A stretch of 64,000 nucleotides of DNA from a virus (IMGVR_UViG_2585428000_000009:25030-89029); one strand, 5' to 3'. Numbered from the stretch's first letter, positions 39,808 through 50,317 are shown. Notes: generated by a model not told the origin, from the letters alone. A program made the numbers and translations.

Positions 39808-39874
39808 ACTTCGAGTATTGGGTTGGAGTAGTGGCTTGGAACGGGATTTGAGCTCAAGTCGACTGGGTGAGCAC

Positions 39875-40939
39875 TTGGTTGGATTCAACTACGACTACTG
39901 GATGAACTGCGAGTGCGGGCAACGAAGCTTGGTGACCGCCGCGCACTACCACGAGCAGTCCACCGTAGACGCTCTCGCGCCTTGCCAGCACTGCGGCCGT
40001 GATATCCACTACGGCACCTACGTGACCGCTATTCGCGACACCGCTGATCCGTCTCTGTCAAACGAGGCAGTCAATACGCTCGCTTGGTACCACACGAGCA
40101 CTCAGGCGGATTGGCCCTCTTCCTCCTTTGCACAGACTCGGGCAAAGGAACTTCAGAGTCTCCGCGAGATACTCCCAGGCCAGCTCGATTCCATCGTTGA
40201 CCGCGAAACCACACTGGCACTGCATGTCGGCACGTACGAGGCTGCCATCGAGAATATGCTCCGAAGAATGCGGTATCAAGATGATCACGACAGGACGTTC
40301 TATCTTCACCGCGTCACGCTGCGGCTGAAACCGAATGAGATCGAACCTGGATACCGCGATGAGAACGATGCGCCCGCTTCGAGATTGAGCGTGAATGATC
40401 TAAGATCCGCCGACTATCTTGCCGTTCGATATTTGAACGTCCACGAGTCCCCAGGATCACTGTCCCTCGCGATCGACCCAACCGCGATCGAGGCAATTCA
40501 GTCTGTAGCACTCCCGCCCCCGGGCGTTGTACCGGATGCTAGACCGACTGTGCCATCTAAGCTCGCTCCTTTGCAGATCGCACTTGATACGGCTATGCGA
40601 GCGGTAGAGGAGAGAACTGAGCACCTGAATCGGTTGCCCGACAACGATGCAGTTCTCAACGACGATGAAGCCGTCGAGAAGCTCATCGGACCCAACAGAT
40701 CCTCCGTTTACGAGGTATGGCATTACGTTGGCCAAATACTATCGGAGGAGTATCTACCAGGGATAAATCCGGTCGTTCGCGAGAACTTCATATCTGCCAT
40801 AGATCGGTGGCGTGAGCATACTTCTCCGAGTGTCGATTCGTACCATCGGAAGTTTTCTCAACTGGCGCTCCTACTTACACGACAATCGGACATCGCAGGT
40901 GGCGCGTCTCTAGCTCCCACCCGAAGATTCGCTCCATAA
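39875..40939 (+). CDS. Zn-ribbon + ADP-ribosyltransferase-like protein
   Basis: CECG...CQHC; WYHTS, LHVGT..AA, YLNVHESPGSLSLAI.P..I; visibly lower GC; start uncertain. Confidence 0.6.
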   Translation: MVGFNYDYWMNCECGQRSLVTAAHYHEQSTVDALAPCQHCGRDIHYGTYVTAIRDTADPSLSNEAVNTLAWYHTSTQADWPSSSFAQTRAKELQSLREILPGQLDSIVDRETTLALHVGTYEAAIENMLRRMRYQDDHDRTFYLHRVTLRLKPNEIEPGYRDENDAPASRLSVNDLRSADYLAVRYLNVHESPGSLSLAIDPTAIEAIQSVALPPPGVVPDARPTVPSKLAPLQIALDTAMRAVEERTEHLNRLPDNDAVLNDDEAVEKLIGPNRSSVYEVWHYVGQILSEEYLPGINPVVRENFISAIDRWREHTSPSVDSYHRKFSQLALLLTRQSDIAGGASLAPTRRFAP

Positions 40940-41653
40940 CCGTTGCCGTGCACGGTCGATCGCGGCATCGAGTAGCCGGGGCGGAAGGTTGCCGCTGTCC
41001 CGCATCGCTTCCAGCTCCTCCAGCGTCACCTTGCGGCCGGTCCGCTCCACCCGCATCGGCACGGTCAACGCTGTCGGAACGCCCGCGGCAATACGTTCCT
41101 CCACCCACTTCAGCGGCACCGGGGTCAGGTCGTGTGCATCGACACCGACGTGCAGCTGGCGTCCGCGCTGCTGGATCGGTGAATGGGTGTGGCCGTGGAG
41201 GAGCCATTGTCCAGTGTCGGGCATCCGGTATTCGAGGTGCCGGAGTACGGCGGTGTGGTCGCCGTCGGGGTCGTTGGCGTAGGGGAAGTGGGACAGCAGG
41301 ACGCGGGCTCCACTGATTTTTCGGGTCGCGGTCTGCATGACGGTGGCGAACACGTCCAGGTAGGCGCGCATCGCTTTGTGGGCGCCGGTGTGCATGCCGT
41401 GGACGGGGTCGTGGTTGCCGGCGATGAGGTGTTTGGTGCCGGGCCGGATGGCGATCCATTCGAGTCCGGCGGGTTCGGTGCCGCGGCGTCCGGTGACGTC
41501 TCCGAGCACCCAGACGTGGTCGTCGGGGCGGATGGCGGCGTCCCACCGGCGGGCGAGTTCGGTGTCGTGCTCAGCCGTGGTTGGGAATCCGCGTAGTTCA
41601 GCGACTCTCACGTGGCCGACGTGGAGGTCGGAGGTGAACCAGATGCCGGTCAT
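40910..41653 (-). CDS. Calcineurin-like metallophosphoesterase (third)
   Basis: WFTSDLHVGH, VLGDV, GNHD, SHFP, LHGHTH, VGVD. Confidence 0.93.
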   Translation of the reverse strand: MTGIWFTSDLHVGHVRVAELRGFPTTAEHDTELARRWDAAIRPDDHVWVLGDVTGRRGTEPAGLEWIAIRPGTKHLIAGNHDPVHGMHTGAHKAMRAYLDVFATVMQTATRKISGARVLLSHFPYANDPDGDHTAVLRHLEYRMPDTGQWLLHGHTHSPIQQRGRQLHVGVDAHDLTPVPLKWVEERIAAGVPTALTVPMRVERTGRKVTLEELEAMRDSGNLPPRLLDAAIDRARQRLWSESSGGS

Positions 41654-42719
41654 GCGGCGTGCACGCCTTTGTCGCGGCCGAATCGGTCGATCGCTTCCAT
41701 CATGGTGAGGTCGGTGACGACGGTGTCGCTGTAGTTCCCGGTGGTCGCGTACGCGCCGACGTCGATGGCGGCGAAGTAGCGCAGCGGCGCGGGCAGGCGA
41801 TGCGCGAGCCACTGATAGGTGCCGGTGCGTGCTCGGTAGCGCCAGCAGCTGAAGCCGAGGATGGCCTGTTCGATGCGGTCGTTGAGGGTCATGCTGTTTC
41901 GGTTCCTTCAATCGGCCGCCAGGCGGTGACGTAGCGTCTGACGGTGTAGGTCGGCGGGTAAGTCCCGTTGTCGATGTCCGACCAGGTGTGCACACCGGGC
42001 ACGAAGCCGCCTGCGAGTTCTTCTTCCGCTTTGGTCGGCAGCAGATCACCGAGGGCGTCGACATCGGCAGCATGGCTTCGCCGCCACCGATCCCGGCCCC
42101 ACTCGCCGTCGTCAGGTGCCTCATCCCACGCCTTGTGCTCGCATGCCTCGCCCCATTCAGCTGCCTTCGCGCGGACACGCTCCAGCCAGTTGGTGTAGTC
42201 GGCGCGTGCGATGCGTTCGATGGCTAGTTCGCGGATCTGGGTGGCGTCCAACCCTCGATCACTCTCCCTGTGATGGCGTCGCGCATCTGGTCGCAGAACG
42301 CGCAGACGATGTACGGGTCGTCGCCCCAGAACGCCCACGAATGCCGCGGGCCGTCGACGTGACGAGACTTCGGGCAGTTCTCGCGATCGGTCATTCCTGA
42401 TCGGCTTCGACCGTGTGTGCGTCCAGCGCCGCGAGGATCTGGGCCGGTGTTTCCCGGCATTCGAAGACCGCCCCACCGACTTGCACGACGGTGTGCACGC
42501 TGCCGTATGCGCTGGGGTCGTATACGGCTTGGATCTTGTCGACGTCGACGTACCGGAAGCCTTCCTCGGCGTCGGCGAGGCGAATGAAGGTGCGCGGGTG
42601 AGCCATAGGGTCTCGCTTTCTCGGTGCGGGATCGTCGTCTGCGCGTACGAATCTGCGTGGCCGTCGCACCGCTTCCGCGAGTGCGGGTGCGTCGTCGGGT
42701 AGGTCGTCAACCCAGTCGG

Positions 42720-43199
42720 TCATTCCGCGTACCCCCGTACTCCGAGTCGGGTCATGAGCTTGTCGTGCCATTCCTGATCGCTCGAATACCCTTCAGCTTC
42801 AACGGCTTCGATCGCGGCGAAGATGCCGGTGGTGATGCGCTGTTCGTCGGCTAGAGCTGCGTGACGACGAGCGGCATGTTCGGCTTCGCGTTCAGCTTGC
42901 CGCCGCGGTTCGTCCAGCCACGCCGTGAACTCAGCCTCGTCGTGGCCGCGTCCCGTGTGAACGTAGACGTCGTGGTCGCCGCACTCGATGCGTGTCCGGT
43001 ACTCGATGTCGGGTCCGCAGCAGTCGCATGGGCTGGCGAAGGCTTCGACGTCCTCGGTGAGGTAGACCGCGGCGTGCCGTCCGGAGTTGAGCCGCTTGCG
43101 GATCTGGTCGGCGAGGTCACCGACCGCTTGGGCGCGGCCCGCAGTTCGTTCCGCGTAGTCCGCCCATTCGGCAAACGTGGACACGGTCGCGTCGCTCAT
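42720..43199 (-). CDS. Hypothetical protein
   Basis: Coupled start; CDCC motif. Confidence 0.7.
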   Translation of the reverse strand: MSDATVSTFAEWADYAERTAGRAQAVGDLADQIRKRLNSGRHAAVYLTEDVEAFASPCDCCGPDIEYRTRIECGDHDVYVHTGRGHDEAEFTAWLDEPRRQAEREAEHAARRHAALADEQRITTGIFAAIEAVEAEGYSSDQEWHDKLMTRLGVRGYAE

Positions 43200-44596
43200 G
43201 CGGCTTCCTCCGAGGTGTCAGGGTTTAGGAGGCGGGGGTCGGCCAGGGACGGCGCGTTCAGCATGAGTTCGCGGCTGCGTTCTCTGGCGGTGTCCCATTC
43301 GGCGCGGAGTTCGTGTTGGCAGCGCCAGCACAGGGAGTGGAAATTCACGCGCGTGTGCTGCTCGCAGTACGAGCACACGCCGTGCGTCCAGCCGACGGTC
43401 GGTACCGCCCAGCCTGGCACTCCCCCATTGCGGTGCGCGTCTTTCGGTTCGAACACCCACGCGTTGGTGACCGTGTTCCAGCCGGACCGCACGTACTCGA
43501 CGGTGTCGACGGTGGGTGTGACCGGCCCGTCGAAGTCGCGTAAGGAGAGCCGAACAGGCTGCGGGACACAGATCTCGTCGAATCGAGCAATGGCGATACC
43601 GTGTCGTGTCTGCCCGTGCGCGGGTCCGCCTCGGAACTCGATTGTGTCGGAGTTCGGCTGTTGCCAACGCAGTTCGAAACGCGCCGCAGGCTGGCCGAGG
43701 TCTCGGGAGCGACCGACCCTGCGAACCAGAATGTCGGCGCTCGACACCCACAGTTCAGGCCGCCACTCGCGCACCTGACTGCGGAAGCACTCGAGGTGGC
43801 TCAAATCTGCATATTGTTGTTCGACAGCAACCTCATTCGCCACTGCCACGGTGACGCGGAGGTTCTGCAACTGCTGCAACTCGTGCAGGTTGAGGATCGC
43901 TGAAGTGTCGCGCAGGTACCAGCCGTCGCCGGGTGGCCGTTCCTCGCAATGGACTTCCATCCAGCGGGCACCGTTGTCACTGAACCCTATGCGGGCGCTC
44001 ATGTTGACGGTCCGATCGACGAGCAACGGGATCTCCCGGCCGTCGATGTACAAGACGTCGCGGCGCCGGAAGGGCAGGCCAGCAAGCGGACTATCTGACC
44101 ATCCAGTGTCGTAGGCTCTGCCGTCGCGCAAGTCGATGCGTCGTCGCCGGACATCGTCGCAGCGCCACCAGCGCGGGCCAGGTGAGTCATCGATTGCGGC
44201 GAGGCGCCGTTCATTGCTCGACAGGTCATGGTGGCTGAGGGGCGGCAGGCCGGCGACCGCCGCCATGCTGTCGAGCAGACCGTGGGCGACGCGAAGGTAG
44301 TCGTCGGCGGCTGCCGCGGGTGGCTCGAATTCGCCGTCGAACGTGGAGCCGGGGCAGAGGACGGGTGAGTTGTCTTCGCCGTACCGGTAGTCGGGATCGA
44401 CCCGACCCCTGAGGCGCATGGCGCGCATTCGCCTGGTGATCGGTAGCCCGTGAAAGTCGGCGTCGCACCATTGGTGTGGGCATGCCGTCTGATTGACGTT
44501 GAAATCGTAGCCGCTGCGGTCACCGTATTTAGACAGCTGCCAGTCGACGAGTGCGTCGATTTCGTCGACTATGTCGCGACTGCCGGGTTCACTCAC
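43196..44596 (-). CDS. Hypothetical protein with conserved N-terminal Cys/His domain
   Basis: First ~90 aa align with 47564-48592. Confidence 0.75.
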   Translation of the reverse strand: MSEPGSRDIVDEIDALVDWQLSKYGDRSGYDFNVNQTACPHQWCDADFHGLPITRRMRAMRLRGRVDPDYRYGEDNSPVLCPGSTFDGEFEPPAAAADDYLRVAHGLLDSMAAVAGLPPLSHHDLSSNERRLAAIDDSPGPRWWRCDDVRRRRIDLRDGRAYDTGWSDSPLAGLPFRRRDVLYIDGREIPLLVDRTVNMSARIGFSDNGARWMEVHCEERPPGDGWYLRDTSAILNLHELQQLQNLRVTVAVANEVAVEQQYADLSHLECFRSQVREWRPELWVSSADILVRRVGRSRDLGQPAARFELRWQQPNSDTIEFRGGPAHGQTRHGIAIARFDEICVPQPVRLSLRDFDGPVTPTVDTVEYVRSGWNTVTNAWVFEPKDAHRNGGVPGWAVPTVGWTHGVCSYCEQHTRVNFHSLCWRCQHELRAEWDTARERSRELMLNAPSLADPRLLNPDTSEEAA

Positions 44597-44681
44597 ATAC
44601 TGATTGTCTCCGGCAGGTCAAACACGATTTCAAGTCTTCCGGCCTCGTAACGATTGGGTGTGGTCGGGCGACAGTGTGGGC

Positions 44682-45071
44682 ATGAAGCGTGCCGTAGGGT
44701 GGGCATTATTGATCTTGTTCGCGTGGCCGATCGCGTTGATTGTCTGGATTGTGAAATACCCGGACCAAGCCAAACGCACCTGGAACACTCTGCGCGACTT
44801 CGTCCGCAAGCATCCGCGCGGGTGCGCCATCGGCGGCACGATCTTCGGAGCGATCGGTGTACCCGCCGGAATCTCCGAGGGCGACCTCGGGATGATCGTC
44901 TTCTACGCCGGGATAATGATCGCGTGCGCCGTGTGGCTGCTGATACAGAGGAAACAGGCAAGAAGCTCGGAAGCCGCGGCTATCGCTGCCCGCGCTGACG
45001 CTCAACATCATGCATACCTGAACGGTGACGACTTCGGCTTGTACGGAACTCGCGACATGCCGCAGATTTAG
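44682..45071 (+). CDS. Membrane protein (about 3 TM), moron-like
   Basis: Hydrophobic helices; opposite strand to its neighbours; ARADAQH...GD..G.YG C-terminus. Confidence 0.8.
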   Translation: MKRAVGWALLILFAWPIALIVWIVKYPDQAKRTWNTLRDFVRKHPRGCAIGGTIFGAIGVPAGISEGDLGMIVFYAGIMIACAVWLLIQRKQARSSEAAAIAARADAQHHAYLNGDDFGLYGTRDMPQI

Positions 45072-45299
45072 TGGGGCGAGTCATCGCCGTAGCGCTCCAG
45101 AAGCATCGCGATGTCGTCGTCTGACGGTGGAACGATTTGGATGTACTCCGGATTCAGGCGGCCGTCAGGTAGATAGAGTTCGTTCAGTGGAATTTCTTCG
45201 TCGTCTGGGTCGTTCGGCATCTTCTGATGGTAGCTACGCATCGAGACACAGCGGAGCAGCTTAGAGCCACCGCAACGATGTGGCCTTAAACGGCGACGC

Positions 45300-46927
45300 T
45301 CACGCGATCCGTTCCTTGCCGCCGAACCGCACGAGGAAACCGGCATCCGCCAGTCGACCGATGTCGATCGCCTTGTCCGCGAGGATCAACGCCTTCGCTC
45401 TGCGGGAGGGGTAGGTGACCCAGCGTTCGCGCGGGAACTGCGGCCAGTCGTCGGGTAGCGGCGGGACGCCGCGCCATTGACTCTCCGCGGGCATCAGGTC
45501 CGGTGGTAGGTCCCACTGCGGGAGTGCAGCATTCAGCTTCGCGGTGACCCGCTGCTCCAGCTCCGACAGGAGGTCGCGGCCGTCCTCGCTCATGGCGTTG
45601 ATCCTGCCTCCTTCGAGTCCCAGACTCCCGGGCGTACGCAGATGGACTCGAAACGGTCGAACTCGTCCACCTCCACCTCGAGCACAGCTGGATACCGCTT
45701 TCCGTCGTAAGGGTCGATCACCGTTACCAGGACGTCGCCATGAACCGACTGGAGCTGTCCCAGGGAACTGATCAGGTCCGATACCCGCGTGGCGCTGTTA
45801 CGCGTCGACACGAACGGGTTATCCGGCAGCGTGATCCTCGTGAGGAACTCGTCGTCCCGCGTCAACTCGCCCTTGAAAACCCGGCCGGACCACCGCCCGT
45901 TGGGGTAGTCGATTGTGAGGTTGCGGCCGTCGATGATCTCGTCAGCGGGCAGTCTGTCCAGCCATTCGCCGATCAGCCGGTATTCGGTGTCCCAGAGTCG
46001 GTACCGCAGACGTGGGGTTTCCTGCTCGATGTCGCTCATGGTGTTGGTCCTCCCCGACGGACGGCGGCCAGCACTGCCGCCACTATTGCTGGGCGTGCCT
46101 GCGGGAGCGTCGCTCCGGGCCAACGATCATCCAGCTCAGCGAGCGCCTCGACTGCGGAAAGCGGCACCTCGCGGCCGTCAGCGAGATACAGCGTGTCCTC
46201 GCTCATGGTGTTGATCCTCCCGCGATTTCGACGGGCTCGGTGACCGAGTACTCGACCTCGAGATGGACGAACCACCCGACATGTGATTCCAACTCCGCCA
46301 ACAGATCATGACCGCCGACTTGCAGGTCGGCGTCTGTCCACAGGTACCCGGTGTATTCGGAATAGCACTGGGTGTAGTCGGCGTCGACCGCGCCGACGCA
46401 GATCTTCGCGAGGTTGGCGTCAAGCTCCTCGCGGTCCTGGTCGGTGTCGGTAATCCAGTAGCGAACTGTCGCGAATCTGCCATGCAGGTCCAGATCGGTT
46501 TCGATCCGCTCGGCCAACGGCTCGGAGTCATCCGACAGGATCAGCGCGTCGTCGTCTAGGCCGTAGGAGCCGACTTGGATGCGGCCCCGATAGATCTGCA
46601 TTACGTCGCCGCTCACCGTGTCGATCCTCCCGCATCGACAGCCATTGATCCTCCGGCTTCGGTGATCCACCGATCGAGAATGTCGCCCATGTGGTCAGGC
46701 CACTCATACTCGCCGTCCTCCAGCCACTTGCCGCACTTGCAGTCCGCATCGAAATCATCTCGTGCGTAAACGGCATCGTGCCGGTCGATCTCCGCCGCCA
46801 CCGCGTCACGGTCGGTGCCGAGTATGTAGCCCGCCCCCGCCAGCGTGTCCGCGAGGGCTCCGGCGTCGAGGAACCGGTGCTCGTTCATGAGCCTTTCGGC
46901 CCTGGACCAGTACTCCCATGCGCTCAT
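45300..46927 (-). other. Five small CDS joined by a conserved junction motif (45300-45593, 45590-46039, 46036-46206, 46203-46616, 46613-46927)
   Basis: GGAGGATCAACACCATGAGCG-like sequence at four consecutive junctions. Confidence 0.8.
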
Positions 46928-47358
46928 GAGTCGACAGCCCACGACGGGTCATAGTCGGGGTGCAATTCCCACACGGTCGCGAGCGTGGAGATGGTCTCGC
47001 AGGGCCACCGTTCCGCGTCGTGGCGCTCATAGTCATGGCAGGTCTCGCAGTGCCAGAACCCCTCGCCGCCGCCTCGGGGATGCAGCTCGGCTACGCGCCG
47101 CAGCGCCGCGCACTGCCGCAGCACCCGAGCCGGGTCGTGGCGCGCCATGTGTTCGCCGACCGGCCGACCTACGGCACCCTCGCCGTTTCTCTCGGAGGTC
47201 AGCACCACCCCGGCGAAATTGTGCACCCAGCCCTGCCCTGGATCGGCGTATTCCGCAGTTCCATAGTGCCAATCACTTCCATCTGCCCCGCTGACGGCGT
47301 CCCGCGCGATCTGCTCGTCTTCGGCCAAACGAGCGGCGATGAACTCTTCGATCGTCAT
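46924..47358 (-). CDS. DUF6221-like hypothetical protein
   Basis: EFIAARL.EDE, H.ARHDPARVL..C, HPDYDP.W. Confidence 0.75.
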   Translation of the reverse strand: MTIEEFIAARLAEDEQIARDAVSGADGSDWHYGTAEYADPGQGWVHNFAGVVLTSERNGEGAVGRPVGEHMARHDPARVLRQCAALRRVAELHPRGGGEGFWHCETCHDYERHDAERWPCETISTLATVWELHPDYDPSWAVDS

Positions 47359-47563
47359 GCCGCGCGGTATCCAGCGTCGATCGCGGATTGGACCAGGTAT
47401 CGCCCGATGCGGTACCGGTCTTCGGGCGGCATTTCCAGGATGGCGTCGGCTAGGTGGGTGCCGTCGTAGATCTCGCCGTAGGAGGCATCCCCAGCGGTCC
47501 AGATCACGTCGGCCAGCTCATCTCGGATGCTCACGCCCGACTCTCGCGGCTTCGCGACGTCGC

Positions 47564-48592
47564 TCATTGCCGTGCCCGCTTCCGTTGTCCGCGCCGGTCG
47601 AACCCGCGCTCACGTACCCATGGCCGCGGCTGGTCGATACGGCTCGGACGCTCGCACCGGTAGGTCGGGGTCAGCACGATCTCACGACGTGCCGGCGGCG
47701 TAGCGACGGTGACGTGCAAGACGCTGGGCGCGCCGACAGATACCTCCCAACGCCAGGACGAGTCCGGCCAGCGCACCGAAATCGAATGGTAGGCCCTGCC
47801 GCTGTCGTCGCGCCTGGCGAGTGTTGGCCGTCCCTGCCGAGGTGCCCGCGGTTTGTTGGTGTTCGGGCGGGCCGACACCGACAGGGCAAACGGTCCTGCC
47901 TGGTGTTTCTGTGTCGCGAGGGCTCCGAAGCCGTGGCCGTTGTCGACCCAGACGATGCCGTTGCTGTACTCGGTGTCGGGATCGAGCAGGGACGGCGGCA
48001 GCGGGCTGGTCTGCATGGCTCGGTCGATGATCGGGTCGGGGTCGACGGGTGTGTCGTCGATGGGCGACTGTTCGGGCAGCAGCGGGTTGGGCGGCATCTC
48101 CCGGCGGCGCAGGGTGAACAGTTCCGGAGTTTGCCAGGAGCCGAAGGGGGCAGGCCAATCGGTTACACGCGCCATCGCTTCACGCAGGCTCGCGGTGAAT
48201 CCCTCGAACAGTGGCGTCATCGAGAGCAGAGGTCGGGGAAACTGCACCTCCACTGCGGGGAGAGCCCATTCCCTCACAGTCCACGGTGACTCCCCTGCGT
48301 GTAGCGATGCGCGACGTGGGGCGGGCGGTCCGACGAAATCGCCGCCTGGGCAGATGACTTCGCTGTTGTCGTCGCGGTATCGGTAGTCGTCGTCGAGCGC
48401 GCCCCGCCACCGCATTTCGTGCATGCGGCGGGTGATCTTCAGCCCGTGCCAGTCTTCCCAGCAGCCGGGCCACAGGCATTTGGGGAAGTCGGGGTCGTCG
48501 TAGTCGTAGCCGCCGATCGGTTCCCCGGCGTCCAGCTGCTGAGTGATCAGCGCGTCGATACCGGCGAGAACGTCCGTGGCGGAAGTCGTCAT
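47564..48592 (-). CDS. Hypothetical protein with conserved N-terminal Cys/His domain
   Basis: N-terminus paralogous to 43196-44596. Confidence 0.75.
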   Translation of the reverse strand: MTTSATDVLAGIDALITQQLDAGEPIGGYDYDDPDFPKCLWPGCWEDWHGLKITRRMHEMRWRGALDDDYRYRDDNSEVICPGGDFVGPPAPRRASLHAGESPWTVREWALPAVEVQFPRPLLSMTPLFEGFTASLREAMARVTDWPAPFGSWQTPELFTLRRREMPPNPLLPEQSPIDDTPVDPDPIIDRAMQTSPLPPSLLDPDTEYSNGIVWVDNGHGFGALATQKHQAGPFALSVSARPNTNKPRAPRQGRPTLARRDDSGRAYHSISVRWPDSSWRWEVSVGAPSVLHVTVATPPARREIVLTPTYRCERPSRIDQPRPWVRERGFDRRGQRKRARQ

Positions 48593-49217
48593 TCGTTCCA
48601 TCCCAGTGTGTTCCGTGTCTCGGGCCAGCTCGGGTACTCAGTGTGCACTTGTACGGGCTGTTCCTGGCCGAAGCGTCGGATCTCGTGACGTTCGGCGCTT
48701 TCGACTGCGTACAGGTAGGCGCGGATGGCGTCGCGGAGGCGGCCTGCGTTGCTGGTGGCGGGTGATTCGATGAACGCCATGTCGGCGCTGGCGAGTGCGG
48801 TGTCGTCGAGTTCGATCACAGCAGCGCCGCCACCGCGAGGATGCTGCCCGCGAGGAGACCGCCGATGATGGCGCCCGCGGTGGTGCGGGCTGCCCATCGT
48901 CGTGCTTCGACGGTCGGTGCGAAGAGGGTGACGAACATCAGGGTTCCGAGGATTCCGATGCTGAGGTAGAAGCCGCCTGGCATTGTGGGTCTCCGTTTCG
49001 CGAACGGTCGGGGTTTGCTCGTTCGCCTGGAACCATTCTCGAGGGCGCGTCAAACACGGTTTCGGTGCCGGTTGGGTCGGGTGGTGTCTGGGGTGGTTGT
49101 TGGTTCTCTGGTGGTGTGTGACGTGCTGCGATGTGGTTGCTACCCCTGAGCAAGAATCAGACCGGTCGTAACGTTTCCGGTACCTATCCAAGCAGTAGCC
49201 ACACATACGCTGACCCG

Positions 49218-50171
49218 ATGGCCGTCCCCACACCCATGCTCGCCACCGCCGGGCAACCACCCGACAACACCAACTGGGCCATCGAAATGAAATGGGACGG
49301 CGCCCGCATCATCGCCACCATCCGCGACAGCCGCCCCCGCCTCTACAGCCGCAACCAACGCGACCTGTCCGCCAGCTTCCCAGAGATCGTCACCGCCCTC
49401 GCCGACCAATGCCGCGGACGCGACATGACCATCGACGGTGAGATCGTCGCCCAAGACCCGACCGGCGCACCCTCGTTCGGGCTGCTCCAGCAACGCCTAC
49501 ACGTCGCCAACCCGACCGCGGAACTCCTGCGGACGGTGCCGGTGCAGCTGTTCGTGTTCGACGTCCTCGCTGTCGACGGCGATCCCGCCACCGCTCTCCC
49601 CTACCGTGCGCGGCGCGAGCTGCTCGACCACCTCAAACTCGATACTCCCCCGCTGCACACCCCGCCGTACTGGCACGACATGCCAGCTGCCGACCTCCTT
49701 CAGGTCAGTGGCCAACATGGCCTCGAAGGCATCGTGTCCAAACGACTCGACTCCACCTACACATCCGGGCGCTCGCGCGCGTGGATCAAAACGGTACTTC
49801 GGCAGGAAATCGATGCCGTCGTCATCGGGTGGCTGCCAGGCTCGGGCAGGTTCGCGGGCACGTTCGGGTCACTGCTGCTCGCAGGCCGTGACGAAACCGG
49901 GGACCTGGTGTTGATCGGCGCCGTCGGGACAGGGTTCACCGCGGCTGTCCGCCGGTCGCTGCGCCTCCAGCTCGACGAACTCGCCGTCTCCGAGCCACCC
50001 GTGGTTGGGGTGGTGCCGCGCCCGATTGCCGCGCTGGCACGGTGGGTCACGCCGGTGTTGGTGGGCACGGTCGAGTATCGCGAGTTCACGGGCGGCAGTC
50101 TGCGGCATCCGAGTTGGCGGGGGCTTCGCGTCGACAAGACCGTCGACGAGGTCGAGTTCCCCGTACTGTGA
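49218..50171 (+). CDS. ATP-dependent DNA ligase (stand-alone LigD ligase domain)
   Basis: PMLAT, EMKWDG, IDGEIV, FDVL, EGIVSK, WIK, LRHP.W.GLR.DK; TACGCT 6 nt before ATG (leaderless). Confidence 0.95.
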   Translation: MAVPTPMLATAGQPPDNTNWAIEMKWDGARIIATIRDSRPRLYSRNQRDLSASFPEIVTALADQCRGRDMTIDGEIVAQDPTGAPSFGLLQQRLHVANPTAELLRTVPVQLFVFDVLAVDGDPATALPYRARRELLDHLKLDTPPLHTPPYWHDMPAADLLQVSGQHGLEGIVSKRLDSTYTSGRSRAWIKTVLRQEIDAVVIGWLPGSGRFAGTFGSLLLAGRDETGDLVLIGAVGTGFTAAVRRSLRLQLDELAVSEPPVVGVVPRPIAALARWVTPVLVGTVEYREFTGGSLRHPSWRGLRVDKTVDEVEFPVL

Positions 50172-50317
50172 ACGACCGGCGGGGCGAGGCCGAAGCCACA
50201 AAGTAGGAAACCCCGCCGGTCACACCGACAACCACAAAGGAGGTCGACGACATCCTATCGCCAGACCCGCTCGGGCACTGGCGATTAGAGGTCCGCCGCG
50301 CTGACGCTCCGCTGGGC

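Noticed and set aside
39551-39874. N-terminal extension of the 462-aa ORF
   Set aside because: Low-complexity translation that overlaps a better 46-aa Zn-ribbon ORF and a promoter; the true start is probably 39875 or 39902.
45590-46640. CRISPR array or integron attC sites
   Set aside because: Spacing is irregular and gene-sized, the motif is not palindromic, and no cas or integron integrase is present.
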